64,000 bases of DNA from IMG/VR virus record IMGVR_UViG_3300012983_000040, positions 22,315 through 86,314 of that record, one strand, 5' to 3'. The DNA is from a virus (Duplodnaviria; Caudoviricetes). Made by a program: the position numbers and the translations under genes. The notes below the pieces were generated by a model. The model ran no database searches. It saw nothing but the letters and a program-made list of their open reading frames with translations, and had not been told where the DNA came from. Below, piece after piece: positions 62,573-64,000 of the stretch. Positions within the stretch are counted from its first letter, which is position 1; each line of letters opens with the position of its first letter.

Positions 62573-62603
62573 CAAAGATACGATTATTTCTTTACTTTAC
62601 AAA
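62573..62603 (-). promoter_or_regulatory. Bacteroidetes primary-sigma promoter driving the scaffold-MCP operon
   Basis: Minus strand TTTG-taaagtaaagaaataatcg (19 nt)-TATCTTTG in the intergenic gap. Confidence 0.78.
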
Positions 62604-62637
62604 ATAATAGTTATAATAATTAGTAAATTTACTATAG

Positions 62638-63108
62638 TTATTTCTTTTTAACAATCTCTATTGTGATCTTCTCTTTCTTTAAATATGCTTTATTTAGTTG
62701 TGACCATAGAGTAGTAAAAGTTGTAAAAGAATTCAGTACTTTCCCAACTGCTTTATTCTCTCCAACGATTAAGCACCCAGAAGAATCTTCCTAAGTAGTT
62801 CCTGGATGAATTAGTATTCCATCAAATCCTGGAACGCCAAGTAGCCTAGGCATTCTTCCTTCAGTAAATTTATATTTTTCTTTTGTAGAATATTTTGGAG
62901 ATTTTACACCCATAGCAATCGTATAAGTACCTGTCGGAATTGCTGTTTGGTGTTTTATCTTTATTTTTAATATTTCACTTAAAGACATTGATTTACTTAG
63001 GTTTCTATCAACATCTTCTATAGTATCACAGAAATAAACTCCGTTTATATATAAATGTCCTATTGTATATTGCTATCCTATATAAGATCTAATTAGTTTA
63101 AGTTTCAT
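62638..63108 (-). CDS. DUF5675-family protein (His/Cys L,D-transpeptidase-like motif), 156 aa, TAG=Gln
   Basis: MKLKLIRSYIG[TAG]QYTIGHLYINGVYFCDTIED...TAIPTGTY...SPKY...MPRLLGVPGFDGILIHPGTT[TAG]EDSSGCLIVGEN. Confidence 0.8.
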
Positions 63109-63587
63109 AATAATTCACAAAAATAATGTCTAATATTAAACACACCATCCTTGTCTAATAACTTATCTGTTGCTAATGAGTGAACAAGTTTAAAATAATT
63201 TGCCTCATCAGATTCTATATTTTTTAATGTCTTACCGCTGTCACTATCTATCATGCACATTGTTACATATAATGCACATTTATTATAAAAAGGCTGTGCT
63301 TCTAAAGGTTCGTCCATTTTGTCCATTAAAGTCCTCCAGGCTTGTCTTGTCCATTTAGGAGCCGGCGACATCTTACTTACTAACTATTCTGCTTCTTTTT
63401 CAGTCAGATAATTGTTCCAATTAACTGCTTCTAGAATCTCTAAATATTCTTCTGCTTTTGATGGGTGAGAATCTATAGTCTAATACATAATCTTCTTGGT
63501 CATACAGCCAAGAACTTTCATTTTTTTCTCATCTCTACTGGATAAAATAGTAGAATATAAATCGTCAAATTTTTCTTTTAAAGTCAT
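63105..63587 (-). CDS. Hypothetical protein, 160 aa, TAG=Gln
   Basis: MTLKEKFDDLYSTILSSRDEKKMKVLG...; extends track ORF 63105-63371; TGA overlaps the next ATG. Confidence 0.7.
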
Positions 63588-63588
63588 A

Positions 63589-64000
63589 TCAGCCAAGTTT
63601 TTCAAGAATGGATTTTAATAATGTATTTGTTTCTTTCGATGCATTTTCTAAAGTTGTAATTCTAGATTCTAATGCCTATTTCTCTGCCCATTCGGTATCT
63701 AATTTACCAATTAACTCTTTATAGGATTTAACATTTTTCTCTTTTTGTTCCTTAGTCTAATCTACTGTTGCTAAAAATTCTTCATCTAGCTTTAAAGAAG
63801 CTCTAAGTTCTCTTAGAATAATGTCTTTTGAGGTTGCTAATAAAGCAATAGATCCTAATTTAGTAGTTGAAAACATCGAATCTGTTACATTTACAGTATC
63901 TGTATAATTTACACCGTCTAATTCATACGTAATATCTATTACATTTTTTGGCATTGCCATTTCTTTTGGCATATCCATCCTTGGAAGGCCAATATTTACA
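63589..64000 (-). CDS. Hypothetical coiled-coil protein, partial (start beyond the right edge), TAG=Gln
   Basis: Track ORF 63757-63978 extends through TAG to TGA at 63589; frame appears open to the window edge. Confidence 0.65.

Noticed and set aside
1-64000. Suppressor tRNA, CRISPR array, inteins, DGR repeats
   Set aside because: None was recognisable by eye. A tRNAscan/Aragorn run and an intein HMM scan would be needed to exclude them, especially inside the giant genes.

Overview
The window is part of the late/structural module of a crAss-like (Crassvirales-type) Bacteroidetes phage. Every supportable gene is on the minus strand and reads through TAG, i.e. TAG is reassigned to Gln (genetic code 15). 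This is why the supplied standard-code ORF track is shattered into short fragments. Re-read by hand with TAG=Gln, the window holds 25 phage genes plus 5 intron-encoded endonuclease genes. In transcription order (right to left): small genes including a DUF5675 protein, an acidic scaffold-like protein, the major capsid protein (MCP), head-tail/ring and auxiliary capsid proteins, two large tail proteins, a set of putative internal/ejected proteins (including a DUF192 protein and a GH24-like muramidase), and four giant or linked cargo genes (SF1-helicase-containing 3350 aa, virion RNA polymerase 3694 aa, HEXXH zincin 358 aa, PD-(D/E)XK-nuclease-containing >1540 aa). Highlights: (1) The MCP gene is split into six exons by five group I introns, each with a homing endonuclease; the exons include a 22-nt micro-exon, and the last intron starts with a near-copy of the final exon, so its splicing may be dispensable. 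(2) The four polymerase-cluster proteins show terminal cysteines at all three junctions, suggesting a head-to-tail linked ejection chain. (3) A K/Q-x-GG motif recurs at the termini of cargo proteins. (4) TAG usage is structured: rare but early in abundant proteins, and absent from three of the five endonucleases. Gene boundaries were derived manually; the very long ORFs were spot-checked, not verified codon by codon. No tRNA or CRISPR array was seen.
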